Part shown: positions 1 through 9,885 of the stretch, piece by piece
Position numbering within the stretch: position 1 is the first letter of the stretch
Layout of the letters: each line of letters opens with the position of its first letter
Assembly (NCBI GenBank): GCA_963664225.1
Contig: OY760937.1
Span: 3,872,001 to 3,936,000 of the forward strand
Length of the DNA: 64,000 bases
Direction of reading: 5' to 3'
Source of the DNA: Verrucomicrobiia bacterium
Lineage (GTDB): Bacteria; Verrucomicrobiota; Verrucomicrobiia; Limisphaerales; UBA1319
Translations under genes and position numbers: made by a program
Notes under the pieces: model-generated
Databases searched by the model: none
Told to the model about the DNA's origin: nothing
The model's input: only the letters and a program-made list of their open reading frames with translations

Positions 1-30
1 CCGTTAACACCAAAGGCGAATATGGCTTGT

Positions 31-59
31 TTGACACTACAATTGGCGGCCTCTAATCT
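31..59 (+). promoter_or_regulatory. sigma70-type promoter
   Basis: TTGACA (31-36), 17-nt spacer, TAATCT (54-59); ATG follows 6 nt later. Confidence 0.7.
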
Positions 60-65
60 GCGCGC

Positions 66-383
66 ATGGATTTGCGAGGGAAAAAGCTCGGTTTGCTGAT
101 CAGTGTTGCGCCTGATCATCCCAATTTCGGTCACGGTCTGGGACTGGCTGCGGCGGCGTTGGCGGCTGGCGTGGATGTGTATCTGTATTGCCTGGATGAG
201 GCAGTGCGCGGGGTGAGCGATCCCAGGTTGCAAACCTTGAAAGAGGCGGGGCTTAAATTGCACGCCTGCGCCTATGGGGCGCACCGGCGGCGGATTCCGC
301 TCTCGGGCGACGCGGTGTTCGCGGGCCTGACTGTGGTGAGTGACCTGGCGGCGGGGACGGATCGTTTTTGCGCCTTCAATTAA
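66..383 (+). CDS. DsrE/TusD-like sulfur relay protein
   Basis: 105 aa; 'GVDVYLYCLDEAV' and 'LHACAYGAHRR' resemble the DsrE fold with its active-site Cys. Confidence 0.75.
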   Translation: MDLRGKKLGLLISVAPDHPNFGHGLGLAAAALAAGVDVYLYCLDEAVRGVSDPRLQTLKEAGLKLHACAYGAHRRRIPLSGDAVFAGLTVVSDLAAGTDRFCAFN

Positions 384-384
384 C

Positions 385-735
385 ATGCCCCATAAATTGT
401 TATTCATCATTGCCGGGGATCCACGATCCAGCGCGCGTCCCGCAGAGGCCATCCGTGTGGCCGCCGGTGTCGGCACATGGAAAAAGGTGGGCGTGACCGT
501 GTATTTGCGAGGACCGGCGGTGCTGACGCTGGCCGAGTTTCCCGATGACTGGGTGGATGCGGATCATTACGAACATTATCTGCCCCTGCTGGGCGGGCTG
601 GATGCGCCGGTTTATGTGTCGCAAGCCGAGCCGCTACTCGCGGAGTTGGGCGAGGCGCGTCTGCCCTACAAGGAGATCGACGATGCGGCCCTGGCGCGGC
701 TTTGCGCAGAACACGACAGTGTCATGCGATTTTAA
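385..735 (+). CDS. DsrF/TusC-like (DsrE family) protein
   Basis: ATG 1 nt after the upstream stop; 'LLFIIAGDP..S.RPAEAIRVAAG'; DsrE/F size. Confidence 0.6.
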   Translation: MPHKLLFIIAGDPRSSARPAEAIRVAAGVGTWKKVGVTVYLRGPAVLTLAEFPDDWVDADHYEHYLPLLGGLDAPVYVSQAEPLLAELGEARLPYKEIDDAALARLCAEHDSVMRF

Positions 736-737
736 TC

Positions 738-929
738 ATGAAACAGGTTTTGCATATTCTAACGCGCAAGGAAAACGATCTGTCCCGCATGATCATTGAA
801 CGCCAACGCGCCATGGGTGAAAACGAAATGGCGATGGTGGTGGAAACGGCGGACCTGACCGTGTCGAAGCCGGATTATTCCGCGCTGCTGGAGAAAATCT
901 TCAAGGCCGATTCCGTGTGTGTCTGGTAA
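738..929 (+). CDS. DsrH/TusB-like small protein
   Basis: 'MKQVLHIL...DYSALLEKIFKADSVCVW' resembles the DsrH C-terminus; third gene of a tight trio. Confidence 0.55.
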   Translation: MKQVLHILTRKENDLSRMIIERQRAMGENEMAMVVETADLTVSKPDYSALLEKIFKADSVCVW

Positions 930-966
930 TGTGGCGAAAGGCCAGTCGGTAAAACTCAATCGGCCT

Positions 967-3900
967 TTACGAAATCAGGCGATATTGCCGGGTCCAGGGA
1001 TCGGTGCGGCAAATGTCTTTGGCATCGCAAAAATCACAGGCTGTTTTCGAGCCTTTTCGGTAAGGGGCCACAGTGGCATCCCCATTCAGAATACGCAGTC
1101 CAAAGTCCTTAATGAGCTGCGTGACCTGATCCAACTCCTGACGAAATTCTACTGAGCTCCGGCCATCGTTTTGGTTGCTCCAGGGTTTGCCTTCCTTCGT
1201 GAATTTAGCCTTGAACTGCCCGCTCGGGTTGGTGGATGCGTTCGCATCCAATTGTTCTAATGCGCCCAAATCAAACAGACCACGATGTTGCGCGGCTTCG
1301 CGGTGTTGCTCAAGCGGTGTCAGGTCGGCCTCCTCGCGGGTTTTGGCAGGTTCGTATTTACCACGAAGGTTGATGTAGAACGCCCCGGCGGGAATCAGTT
1401 CCGTGACACCCCATTTCGCGCAAGCGGGCTGGGCGGTGTTCTGTATCGCGGCCAGATAGGCGGGGAGTTGGATTTGGATTCCATTTCTTAGTAGAACGGC
1501 ATCGATCTTCTTATCGCTGGATTTGTAGTCCAATACCGTGAACTGGGCGCGGCCGTTGTCCGGGGACTTCCACAAATCCAACCGGTCGATTCTGCCGTTC
1601 AGTTCCACAGCGCGAGTCTCATCCAGGGGCAGCCGCCACGCAGGTAACCGCGGAGTCTTGCCGCCAAAGGAGAGTTCCACTTCGATCGGATCGAATTGGC
1701 AGGTGGTCATCCAATCGAGCGCGACTTCGATGAAATCCTGTAGCGCGGCCAGGAGTGTCTGCGCGCGAAATGCGGTTGCAGGACTGGATTGGAGCAGGCC
1801 GAACTGAAACCCGGCAATCACTTTGGCGCCGATTTCGCCAATCAACGCGCGGCCTTCCTGAGGCTGTAAATCGCGCCAACGCTTCTTGCGTTCCATCAGG
1901 GTATCGTGAAACTTCGCCAGAACATCGTGTTGGAAATTGCCCTGTTCGCGGGCGGCCAGTTCAAAACATTCGCGCTCGCGGCCGCGCATGCCCGCGCTGA
2001 CGAAAAAGCGGAAAGGACACATCGCAAAGGATTCGAGTTGCGAGATGGAGGTCCTGAGCGTGGCGCCATAAATCCGGGCAGCCTGTTCGGCGGAAAAGAC
2101 GGCGTCTTCCTTATATTCCGCCAAGGGGCGCAGGCGCTGTAGCAGCGGCTCGAGCATGGGAATAGGACTGGGGATGCGCGTGACTGCGGCATCAGCGGGG
2201 GCATCGGGTGCTGATTCCGCGCTGATGTCCGCGAGGAGTGGCGGGATTAATTCGCACGGATGTTCCGCATTGGAAATTACCGAGGCGGTGGAAAAGTCCT
2301 CGGATTTCAAATCCGGGAAGACCCGCCTTACCCGGCTCAGGAATGGCGAGGGATTGAGCGGTTTTTCCTGGGCGTCCCGCAATGAACTGGAGAGAACAAG
2401 GCGCGAGCGCGAGCGCGTGAGGGCGATGTAGCCCAGATAGCGTTCACGGGCCATGAGGGCGCGTTGATTCGATCCCAACGCGATGCCGTGGTCCGCGAGC
2501 AAACCACGATCGGTTTCGGAAAGCAGGCCGGAGGAGGTGGGGACCGCCGGAAAAACGGTTTCGTTGAGCCCCAGCACAATGGCGAGGTGGAGATCTGGAT
2601 TTCGCGAGCGATCCACAGTGCCGATGAGCACCTGGTCCAGCGCCGGAGGCACCACACCCACGGTGAGACCCGAAAGGCCCGCCTCGATGATGGGCAGCCA
2701 GTCGCGCAACGTGAGAGCGGTTTCGTCAAAGCCCTGCGTGAAATTCTCAAGCCAGGTGTGCATCTCGCGCCAGACCGTGGCGTGAACGGCACTGGACGTA
2801 CTGGAGGCATCGCGGCTCCAACGCTCGAGCGCCGCGCCCGCATCGATCTGCTGCCAGAATTCGCGCAGTGCTTCGGCAAGCTGGTTGCCGGTTGGTTTGT
2901 TGCCCAACGCCCGGGTCAACGTGGTGAACGGGGCCATCAGCCGCACACGCAAGTCCTCCAGCCGCTCGCTTTCGTCGGCATCTGTTGTTTCGATGCGCTG
3001 CTGCCATTGGTCCCCCTCCCAGCCCCGGGCGAGGGCCAGGTTTTCGAGCCAGTCGATCTCGTTTTCCGTGGCGCCGGCCAGTCCGGTTTTCAACGCGCCA
3101 AACCAGTCCTTGGGCGCCCAGTTAAAGGCCACTGTGCGCAGCGCGTTCCGCGTCAGTTCCGCGAGCGGGTGGTGCGCCACGGATTCGCGACGATCCAGGA
3201 AGCAGGGAATTTCATAGCGCTCAAATACCCGGCGCAACAGGTCCTTGTAACCATCGAAAGATCGCAGCAGCACCGCGCAATCGCGGTAACGATGACCCTT
3301 ACGCACGAAGCGCCGGATTTCACGGGCGGCCATGATGGTTTCCGCGGCGGGATTGGCACATTCGACCATGCGGATTGCGGAGGGATCGACGGGCGGCGGT
3401 GTGGCGGTGTTTGTCTGCGGCCTGGTCCACTCCTTTTCAAGCCGTGCCAGTGTGGACTGGTTGTCAAAGCGTCCCGGGTGTTGCCCGCGTACAAGAAGCT
3501 CGATCCGTGGCGACTCGCCCGCCGTGGCGCTCAGGTGCGCATGGCACTTTCGAAAGGCTTGTGCGGGGTGGGACCACGAGGAAAGCCAGGAGATTTCATC
3601 GTCGGTTTTATTCTCGATGCAGAAGGCCAGAGTCATGTCCCGGCAAGCGGGTGCGAGCGCGCTTAAAAGTTCCAGCTCCTGAGGGGTGAGTTCGGAAAAA
3701 CCATCCATCCAAAGCCCCTCAATGAGAAATGGAGTGCCTTTGGCATCCGAAGAAGTATTGCGCGACCATTGTTTCAAGGCGGCGGCGGCCAAACTTGGCA
3801 GTGCGTCGGAATCCTGCAGTTCCGTGGCCGTCATCCACTCGCGAAACGCAAGACCGATTTTTGAAATATCGCGCAACTTGCGGCCCAGGATGTGATTCGC

Positions 3901-4338
3901 GGGCCAGCGTTGCGCGGCCCCGGCAAGACCCTCGGGCGAATGGCCGTAGTGGTTGAATTCCTTCAGGATTTCGCTCAGTTCCAGCGCGAATCCAGGCTGG
4001 CGCGCGGTGCCGCCAAAAAGTTCCAGATTTCCCTGATGACGCATCAACAGCGCGCGCAGCACCATGACACGGCCTTCCTCGGAAAGGGGCGCGCGCACCG
4101 GCGCGTTGAGCGCGGCCAGCACCCAGTCGGCCAGGCGTTCAAAGGAGACAACGTGCAGTCGAACGTAACCGGCGACATTCGGGTCGCAGAGCAACTGGCG
4201 CTCGAGTTGAAACGTGGCCTGCTTGGGAGCCAGCAAAATCAGGGGAGGTCCGTCCGGCGAGGACGCCAGGCGCGCACGCACTTCGGCCAGACAATGAAAT
4301 GTCTTTCCGCTGCCTGCCGGTCCGAGGACAAACCGCAT
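967..4338 (-). CDS. addB: ATP-dependent helicase/nuclease subunit B (AddB/RexB), PD-(D/E)XK nuclease
   Basis: N-terminal GPAGSGKT; 'GRIDRLD...DYKS' nuclease motif; 'QLPAY'; Fe-S Cys pattern (CPFRFF...CDFC...C). Start placed at MRFVLG (GTG at 4344 possible). Confidence 0.9.
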   Translation of the reverse strand: MRFVLGPAGSGKTFHCLAEVRARLASSPDGPPLILLAPKQATFQLERQLLCDPNVAGYVRLHVVSFERLADWVLAALNAPVRAPLSEEGRVMVLRALLMRHQGNLELFGGTARQPGFALELSEILKEFNHYGHSPEGLAGAAQRWPANHILGRKLRDISKIGLAFREWMTATELQDSDALPSLAAAALKQWSRNTSSDAKGTPFLIEGLWMDGFSELTPQELELLSALAPACRDMTLAFCIENKTDDEISWLSSWSHPAQAFRKCHAHLSATAGESPRIELLVRGQHPGRFDNQSTLARLEKEWTRPQTNTATPPPVDPSAIRMVECANPAAETIMAAREIRRFVRKGHRYRDCAVLLRSFDGYKDLLRRVFERYEIPCFLDRRESVAHHPLAELTRNALRTVAFNWAPKDWFGALKTGLAGATENEIDWLENLALARGWEGDQWQQRIETTDADESERLEDLRVRLMAPFTTLTRALGNKPTGNQLAEALREFWQQIDAGAALERWSRDASSTSSAVHATVWREMHTWLENFTQGFDETALTLRDWLPIIEAGLSGLTVGVVPPALDQVLIGTVDRSRNPDLHLAIVLGLNETVFPAVPTSSGLLSETDRGLLADHGIALGSNQRALMARERYLGYIALTRSRSRLVLSSSLRDAQEKPLNPSPFLSRVRRVFPDLKSEDFSTASVISNAEHPCELIPPLLADISAESAPDAPADAAVTRIPSPIPMLEPLLQRLRPLAEYKEDAVFSAEQAARIYGATLRTSISQLESFAMCPFRFFVSAGMRGRERECFELAAREQGNFQHDVLAKFHDTLMERKKRWRDLQPQEGRALIGEIGAKVIAGFQFGLLQSSPATAFRAQTLLAALQDFIEVALDWMTTCQFDPIEVELSFGGKTPRLPAWRLPLDETRAVELNGRIDRLDLWKSPDNGRAQFTVLDYKSSDKKIDAVLLRNGIQIQLPAYLAAIQNTAQPACAKWGVTELIPAGAFYINLRGKYEPAKTREEADLTPLEQHREAAQHRGLFDLGALEQLDANASTNPSGQFKAKFTKEGKPWSNQNDGRSSVEFRQELDQVTQLIKDFGLRILNGDATVAPYRKGSKTACDFCDAKDICRTDPWTRQYRLIS

Positions 4339-4512
4339 ATTCACACCTTTCCCAATAGCATGTACAATGGGGATCAAGCGAGCTTAAAAGAATCTTGATT
4401 ATGCAAAATATTCATATGGATGGGCAGGACGAACAGGATCAGAAAAGCACTCTGTTTATCATGCATATCCTTGTGAGAATTCTTTCCCTAACTGGGCGTT
4501 CAGGGAGGATTA

Positions 4513-5067
4513 TTACACAGGGGTCACCGGACCGCGTTCGCCGGTCACCAGCATGAATTCGTGGAGGACATGTTCGGCGACTTGCTTGATCGCGCGAAAG
4601 TCGGTGTTCACCATGATGTCCGCCTGTTTGTAGAACGGCGCCCGGACTGCGAGCAGAGTCTGAATGCGCTGTCGGGGATCGGCGTCATGGAGCAGGGGAC
4701 GATGGGTATTGCGACTGGCCCTTCGCCAAATGGTTTCTTCACCCGCCCAAAGGCAGACGATCAGCGCGTGTTCCTTGAGTTGTGCCAGGCAGTCCGCATT
4801 CGCAGCCAGACCGCCGCCGGTCGAAATCACGGTGCGGGACAATCCAGCCAGTTCACGCACCACATCCCGCTCGTATTCACGGAACCTCGCTTCACCATCC
4901 TGCTCGAAAATTTCGCTGATTCGCCGGTTGCACCGGGCTTCGATAAGGGCGTCGGTATCCACGAATTCAAAATCCAGTCGGCGCGCAAGCCAGCGGCCCA
5001 CCGAGGATTTCCCGGTGGCCATGAAACCGATCAGCGCAAGATTGCGCATTTGCCGCGGTTGGCCCAT
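4513..5067 (-). CDS. aroK: shikimate kinase
   Basis: 'LIGFMATGKSSVG', 'DTD', 'GEARFR', 'STGGG', 'RPLL' motifs. Confidence 0.93.
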   Translation of the reverse strand: MGQPRQMRNLALIGFMATGKSSVGRWLARRLDFEFVDTDALIEARCNRRISEIFEQDGEARFREYERDVVRELAGLSRTVISTGGGLAANADCLAQLKEHALIVCLWAGEETIWRRASRNTHRPLLHDADPRQRIQTLLAVRAPFYKQADIMVNTDFRAIKQVAEHVLHEFMLVTGERGPVTPV

Positions 5068-5252
5068 CTCTAACCCATACTTTACACCCGCGCCGAAAGC
5101 ACGCCAAAACTTGCGACAGTCAAAACCTGCTGAACGGGTCGGCAATGATTCATTCGCAACGCAAACCAGGGGGACGACCCGGGGTGAATATGAAATTCAA
5201 AATCCGCAGAATGTAATTGACCACATCCATAAAAGTATGGTATTAAGACGTT

Positions 5253-7970
5253 ATGAAAGTGACTTCACTTTTACAAAGGCTGGCTTCCGTGTTCCTGCTG
5301 GGTGTTGGGTTGCAATCATTTCAAAGCTCCGCCCAGGTCGCCATTGGAATTCAAAGGGAAGGGGACCAGATCAACCTCATGGCGCCCGCCAGTCTGGATA
5401 TTCCGCTGCAAGGCCAGGTGTTTCCCGAATACACCGTCCAGCGCAGCCGGGATCTGATGAACTGGGAACCCGTCGGCGGCAAAGTCCGCGGGATCAGCGG
5501 GGTTTCTGGATCGCAGCTCACCATGTCGCTAATGCCGGACAACGATCCCGGTTTTTACCGGGTGATTGTTTCGACCAATTCGGTCACCTCCCAGCAAACC
5601 GGGGCGGGCGGCGCCGAGGTGTTTGGCTATGGCAGTCGTTTCTCGGAAGAATTGGCGAAACTGGGCCTTCTGTCCGTGGATGCCTTTGCCGCCAACTGGC
5701 CGCAACCGGCGTATTTACCTCAAATCACATGGGATCCCACCACGGCGGCTTACTGGACCAATTTCAACACGGATCCCGCCGTGTGGAACGCAACTTATTC
5801 CACCAACACGCAGAAACCCCGTCTGACAGATTTTAGATTGGATCCAGCCGAAATGGCGATTTTTAGGAAGCACGGTTTTGTGGTCAGCGAACGGCTGGGG
5901 TCCCCGAGTTTTGCGCACAGTTATTACCGTATTTTCACGGATGATTTGCCTGTTTTCATCACGTCAGATTCCGTGCTGCATGCCTGGCATCGAACCTACG
6001 CTGGGATGCTGGAGGAGATGGAAGAGTTGCAGATGGCCACCTTGCTGGAGGAAGTCCTCACCAACATGTCGGCGCAGTTGCCGACGGTCTGGGAGCAATA
6101 TGGCAAAGGGCCACTGCAGAACAGCATTCTCGATGCGGATTATTATCTATGTGTAGCGCGAAGCCTGCTGGACGGGAGCCAGGTTCCCAGTGCGTTGGGA
6201 ATTTCCTCTCAGGACCTGACTGTGGCGACAGCATTGAATGCCGTTAGGGGCCAAGTTTACTACCCGTCTTTTCCGTTATTAGGTTCAAGGCGCGCCGTGG
6301 ACTTTTCACAATTCAAAGTCCGCGGTCATTACACAAACTCGGAGCGTTTAAGCCGTTATTTTCAGGCGATGATGTGGTGCGGACGGATTGATTTCCGGTT
6401 GGCAGTTTTTCAGCCGAATATATATCCGATACGTTACGAGGATCCTATTCGCCAAATGGGAACGGTCGTGGTTCTGAATCATCTCATGAAGCAATCCAAT
6501 CAATTCGAGAATTGGGCCACAATGGAGGATATCATACGCCAATTCGTCGGCATTACCGATTCGATGACTTTTGCCCAACTGGATGGATTGCTGAGCGCGG
6601 CCAGCATTCAGTCACCTGCCGACGTTCCAAGTTTGACCACACTCACCAATTTGCAAACGCGCCTGTTGACCGGCGAATTGGGCCTGCAAAGTGTGCGTGG
6701 GGATGTCTTCTATTCCCCCCTGAGCCGTGAACAAATCAAATTGCCGAGATCGTTTACTTTCTGCGGACAGAAATTTGTCATGGATAGCTGGGCCTTCAGC
6801 CAGGTCACCTTTGATTCAATCCTCTGGTCGCCAGATCAGGCGGGCAAAGTCATGTATGGAAAAGTATGGCGGCGCAAACCCAGTTGTCTGGATGTCGCAT
6901 TTTCGATTCTCGGCAACGATCAGGTGGTGCCGGATTTGGTCGCACGAATTAAAAATGTCAACGGCGTGTCATTCCGGGATGGGTTGCCTTATCAGCACAA
7001 TCTGTCCGCCGTCAGGAATGTGATCGACAGCCAGGATGCGGGCATCTGGACCAACAACATTTACACCGCCTGGCTCGGAGCGCTTCGCGCTCTTTCAGCG
7101 CCCACGGTGGACTCCAAATATCCCGAAGCGATGCGGACGCGCGCTTGGGCCAATAAAACACTGAATACCCAGCTTGCCTCCTGGACCGAACTGCGTCATG
7201 ACACGTTGCTATATGTGAAACAATCCTACACAGGGGTGAGTTTATGCGGTTATCCTGCAGGATTTGTGGAGCCGCGTCCGGAATTCTGGCAGCGAATGGC
7301 CGACATGGCTGAATTGACAGCAGGAGCCATTTCCAATCTCTCGCTTTCGGGGTCGGTAACTCTGCCACGCGAGTCTTTTGGCTCCGTTAACATGCAACAG
7401 TATGACCTTGGTTCGGTTAAAGCGTCCCAAATCACCTTTCTGGCAAACTTTGCGGCGCAAATGCGGATTCTTAAAAGCATTTCTGAAAAGGAATTGGCCC
7501 AGCAGCCACTTAGCCAGGTGGAAACAGAATTCCTGCAGAACACCATGGAATTAACCTCATCTTACAGTTCCGATTCGCGCAAGTATAACGGTTGGTATCC
7601 AAACCTTTTCTACAGCAGATTATACGAGAACTTCGGTGTTCCCCATAGTGAGGGATCGGACAAATGGGACGCGATGGTGACCGATGTTCACACCGATGGG
7701 AGTGACATGCTGAGTGGCGATCCGGGCGCAGTCATTCATGAAGGGATCGGCCACGTCCATCTGATGATGATTGCAATCGATAATGGCCCGGATCGCATGG
7801 TCTATGCCGGTCCGGTGCTCAGTCATTATGAGTTCGAAATGCCTGGGATAACACGCATGACCGATGAGGAATGGAAAACCAACCTCAGAGGAGGAACGAA
7901 ACCCGCATCACCGGAGTGGACCCAATCCTATCTTGTTCCGGCGAATTACACGCTTCCGCAAGGCTATTAG
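5253..7970 (+). CDS. secreted DUF3160-domain protein
   Basis: signal peptide; 'DLPVFITSDSVLHAWH', 'RGHYT..E.L.RYF.AMMW.GR', 'LASWTELRHDTLLYVKQSY', 'GFVEP' motifs. Confidence 0.8.
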   Translation: MKVTSLLQRLASVFLLGVGLQSFQSSAQVAIGIQREGDQINLMAPASLDIPLQGQVFPEYTVQRSRDLMNWEPVGGKVRGISGVSGSQLTMSLMPDNDPGFYRVIVSTNSVTSQQTGAGGAEVFGYGSRFSEELAKLGLLSVDAFAANWPQPAYLPQITWDPTTAAYWTNFNTDPAVWNATYSTNTQKPRLTDFRLDPAEMAIFRKHGFVVSERLGSPSFAHSYYRIFTDDLPVFITSDSVLHAWHRTYAGMLEEMEELQMATLLEEVLTNMSAQLPTVWEQYGKGPLQNSILDADYYLCVARSLLDGSQVPSALGISSQDLTVATALNAVRGQVYYPSFPLLGSRRAVDFSQFKVRGHYTNSERLSRYFQAMMWCGRIDFRLAVFQPNIYPIRYEDPIRQMGTVVVLNHLMKQSNQFENWATMEDIIRQFVGITDSMTFAQLDGLLSAASIQSPADVPSLTTLTNLQTRLLTGELGLQSVRGDVFYSPLSREQIKLPRSFTFCGQKFVMDSWAFSQVTFDSILWSPDQAGKVMYGKVWRRKPSCLDVAFSILGNDQVVPDLVARIKNVNGVSFRDGLPYQHNLSAVRNVIDSQDAGIWTNNIYTAWLGALRALSAPTVDSKYPEAMRTRAWANKTLNTQLASWTELRHDTLLYVKQSYTGVSLCGYPAGFVEPRPEFWQRMADMAELTAGAISNLSLSGSVTLPRESFGSVNMQQYDLGSVKASQITFLANFAAQMRILKSISEKELAQQPLSQVETEFLQNTMELTSSYSSDSRKYNGWYPNLFYSRLYENFGVPHSEGSDKWDAMVTDVHTDGSDMLSGDPGAVIHEGIGHVHLMMIAIDNGPDRMVYAGPVLSHYEFEMPGITRMTDEEWKTNLRGGTKPASPEWTQSYLVPANYTLPQGY

Positions 7971-8012
7971 TTTGCTCTCGCTCAATGCACGAAATGCACG
8001 TAAACTCACTCA

Positions 8013-8234
8013 GTGATGCAGGATTCTGAACCATTGCCCATGAAAATGGTCGGCCGCAAACCTTCGACAGGAGGCTTGGAAGCGGCCAGCGGTTTTTTGG
8101 AGATGATCGTCGCCCTGCGCGGGGACAAACCCTTTCTCCCGAAAGGGGTTTACCGGTTCAAATCGTTTGAGGAGGCTGACCAATGGTCATTGGAGATGAT
8201 GACGCGTCAAAAAGCGCGCGCCCCCCAACAATAG
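8013..8234 (+). CDS. small hypothetical protein, putative partner of the nucleotidyltransferase
   Basis: 73 aa, 'PKGVYRFKSFEEADQW'; overlaps the downstream NTase gene; TAAACT -10-like box at 8001-8006. Confidence 0.6.
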   Translation: MMQDSEPLPMKMVGRKPSTGGLEAASGFLEMIVALRGDKPFLPKGVYRFKSFEEADQWSLEMMTRQKARAPQQ

Positions 8235-8671
8235 ACGATTTGCTACGCTTGTGCGGCGAGCTGAATGCTCGTAGCGCAAAGTATCTGGTTATTGGCGGGA
8301 TGGCGATCATCCAGCACGGCTTTGTTAGAGGCACTGAGGATATCGATCTTCTCATCGATTCTTCCCCAGAGAATTTCGAAAAGGTTCGTGCTGCCATGTT
8401 GACGCTGCCCGACGGGGCGGTTCGTGATGTGGAGCCGGGCGACTTGGACAAATATATCGTGGTCCGGGTTGGGGATGAGTTCGTTATCGACCTGATGAAG
8501 CTGGCATGTGGGATTGCTTACTCTGAAGCAAGCAAGGATGCCGTAATTGTCACGATAAGAGGCGTCGCAATCCCATTTGCTTCACCAAGGATGCTGCTGC
8601 GCTTGAAGCAGACTGATCGTGAGAAAGATGCCCTCGACCGTGCTTTTCTTACCAGGTTGCTACAAATCTGA
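8183..8671 (+). CDS. nucleotidyltransferase (pol-beta superfamily, DUF6036-like)
   Basis: 'YLVIGGMA...HG..R.TEDIDLL' motif and C-terminal 'K...REKDALD'. Confidence 0.8.
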   Translation: MVIGDDDASKSARPPTIDDLLRLCGELNARSAKYLVIGGMAIIQHGFVRGTEDIDLLIDSSPENFEKVRAAMLTLPDGAVRDVEPGDLDKYIVVRVGDEFVIDLMKLACGIAYSEASKDAVIVTIRGVAIPFASPRMLLRLKQTDREKDALDRAFLTRLLQI

Positions 8672-8673
8672 CC

Positions 8674-9780
8674 TCACGTATTCCTCACAAACAATTTTCC
8701 GGGCAATTGTTTGGCAAGACGCTTCATTTCCAGACTGAGCAGGGCGACCGAGGTTGGCGCAGCTCCTAGGCCGGTTTCGCGAATGATTTCGTCCATGTGC
8801 TTCTCGGATTCGCAGAGGGTGGCCAGGGCTTTTTGCTCATTTTCCGAAAGAGTCATCGTGGCGAGCCGTGACTGGGCTTCCTCGGGACCGGGGCGGTTGG
8901 CGGCAGGGAAGAGATATTCGAACTCGCTGAGGATGTCCCCGGCGCTTTCACAGAGTTTGGCCCCATTCTTGATGAGATCGTGACAACCCTTGCTGCGGGG
9001 AGAATCGATGCGCCCGGGGATGGCAAAAACCTGTCGGCCATAGTTGGCAGCCATGTTCGCCGTGATGAGCGCGCCGCTGGTAAGATTGGCCTCCACCACG
9101 AGCGTGCCCAGGGTCATGCCGGCAACAATGCGATTGCGGATGGGGAAGGTCTGCTTGTCAGCCTTTCGGTTGAAGGGGAACTGGGTGATCACGGCCCCGC
9201 TGGCGGCGCAACGTTCGAACAGTTCGATGTTCTCGGAAGGAAACACAATATTCAGACCGGTCCCAAGGACTACAACCGTGCGTCCTTTGGCGCTGAGCGC
9301 GCCCTGATGTGCGGCGGTGTCGATGCCTCGGGCCCCACCGCTGACTACGGTCACCCCGGCAAAGGATAACTGATAGGCCATCCTGCGCGCAGTCTCGATT
9401 CCGTAGGGCGTGGTCAGGCGGGAGCCGACCATGGCGATGGCGTTTTTATCCGAGGGTAACAGGCTGCCTTTGACGTAGAGCGCGATGGGCGGGTCGTAAA
9501 TCTCACGCAGCAGCTCCGGGTATTCAGGGTCGGACTGGATCACCACATGGCAGCCGTAATCTCCAATCCGTTTCAATTCCGCGTCCAGATCCACGGTGTC
9601 GCGCCAATGGGCAATGGCGTTGGCAGTCTCCTCGCCGATGCCGTTGACACAGGCGAGGCGGGATTGCGAGGCGGCGAGAATGGTCGGGGCGTCTCCAAAA
9701 GAATCGAGCAAATGGCGGAGGCGGATGGGGCCGACGCCTTCGACCATATTCAACGCGACAATAGCTTCCCGGGATTCCAT
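8674..9780 (-). CDS. dprA: DNA-processing protein DprA
   Basis: 'YPELLREIYDPP', 'VGSR', 'SGGARGID..AH', 'FPIRNRI', 'SGALITA'. Confidence 0.95.
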   Translation of the reverse strand: MESREAIVALNMVEGVGPIRLRHLLDSFGDAPTILAASQSRLACVNGIGEETANAIAHWRDTVDLDAELKRIGDYGCHVVIQSDPEYPELLREIYDPPIALYVKGSLLPSDKNAIAMVGSRLTTPYGIETARRMAYQLSFAGVTVVSGGARGIDTAAHQGALSAKGRTVVVLGTGLNIVFPSENIELFERCAASGAVITQFPFNRKADKQTFPIRNRIVAGMTLGTLVVEANLTSGALITANMAANYGRQVFAIPGRIDSPRSKGCHDLIKNGAKLCESAGDILSEFEYLFPAANRPGPEEAQSRLATMTLSENEQKALATLCESEKHMDEIIRETGLGAAPTSVALLSLEMKRLAKQLPGKLFVRNT

Positions 9781-9885
9781 GCACGTGTATTAGCTGGAGC
9801 ATGATAATTTCGCAAGGGAGAACAGACCGGTTCGCCTGCTCAATGGCTGCTTGCTTTTTGGGGCGGAACGGGTAGCCTCTGAATT

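Noticed and set aside
4664..5836. 390-aa ORF bridging aroK and the DUF3160 gene
   Set aside because: It is antisense to aroK and out of frame with the DUF3160 gene, with a composition typical of a spurious frame.
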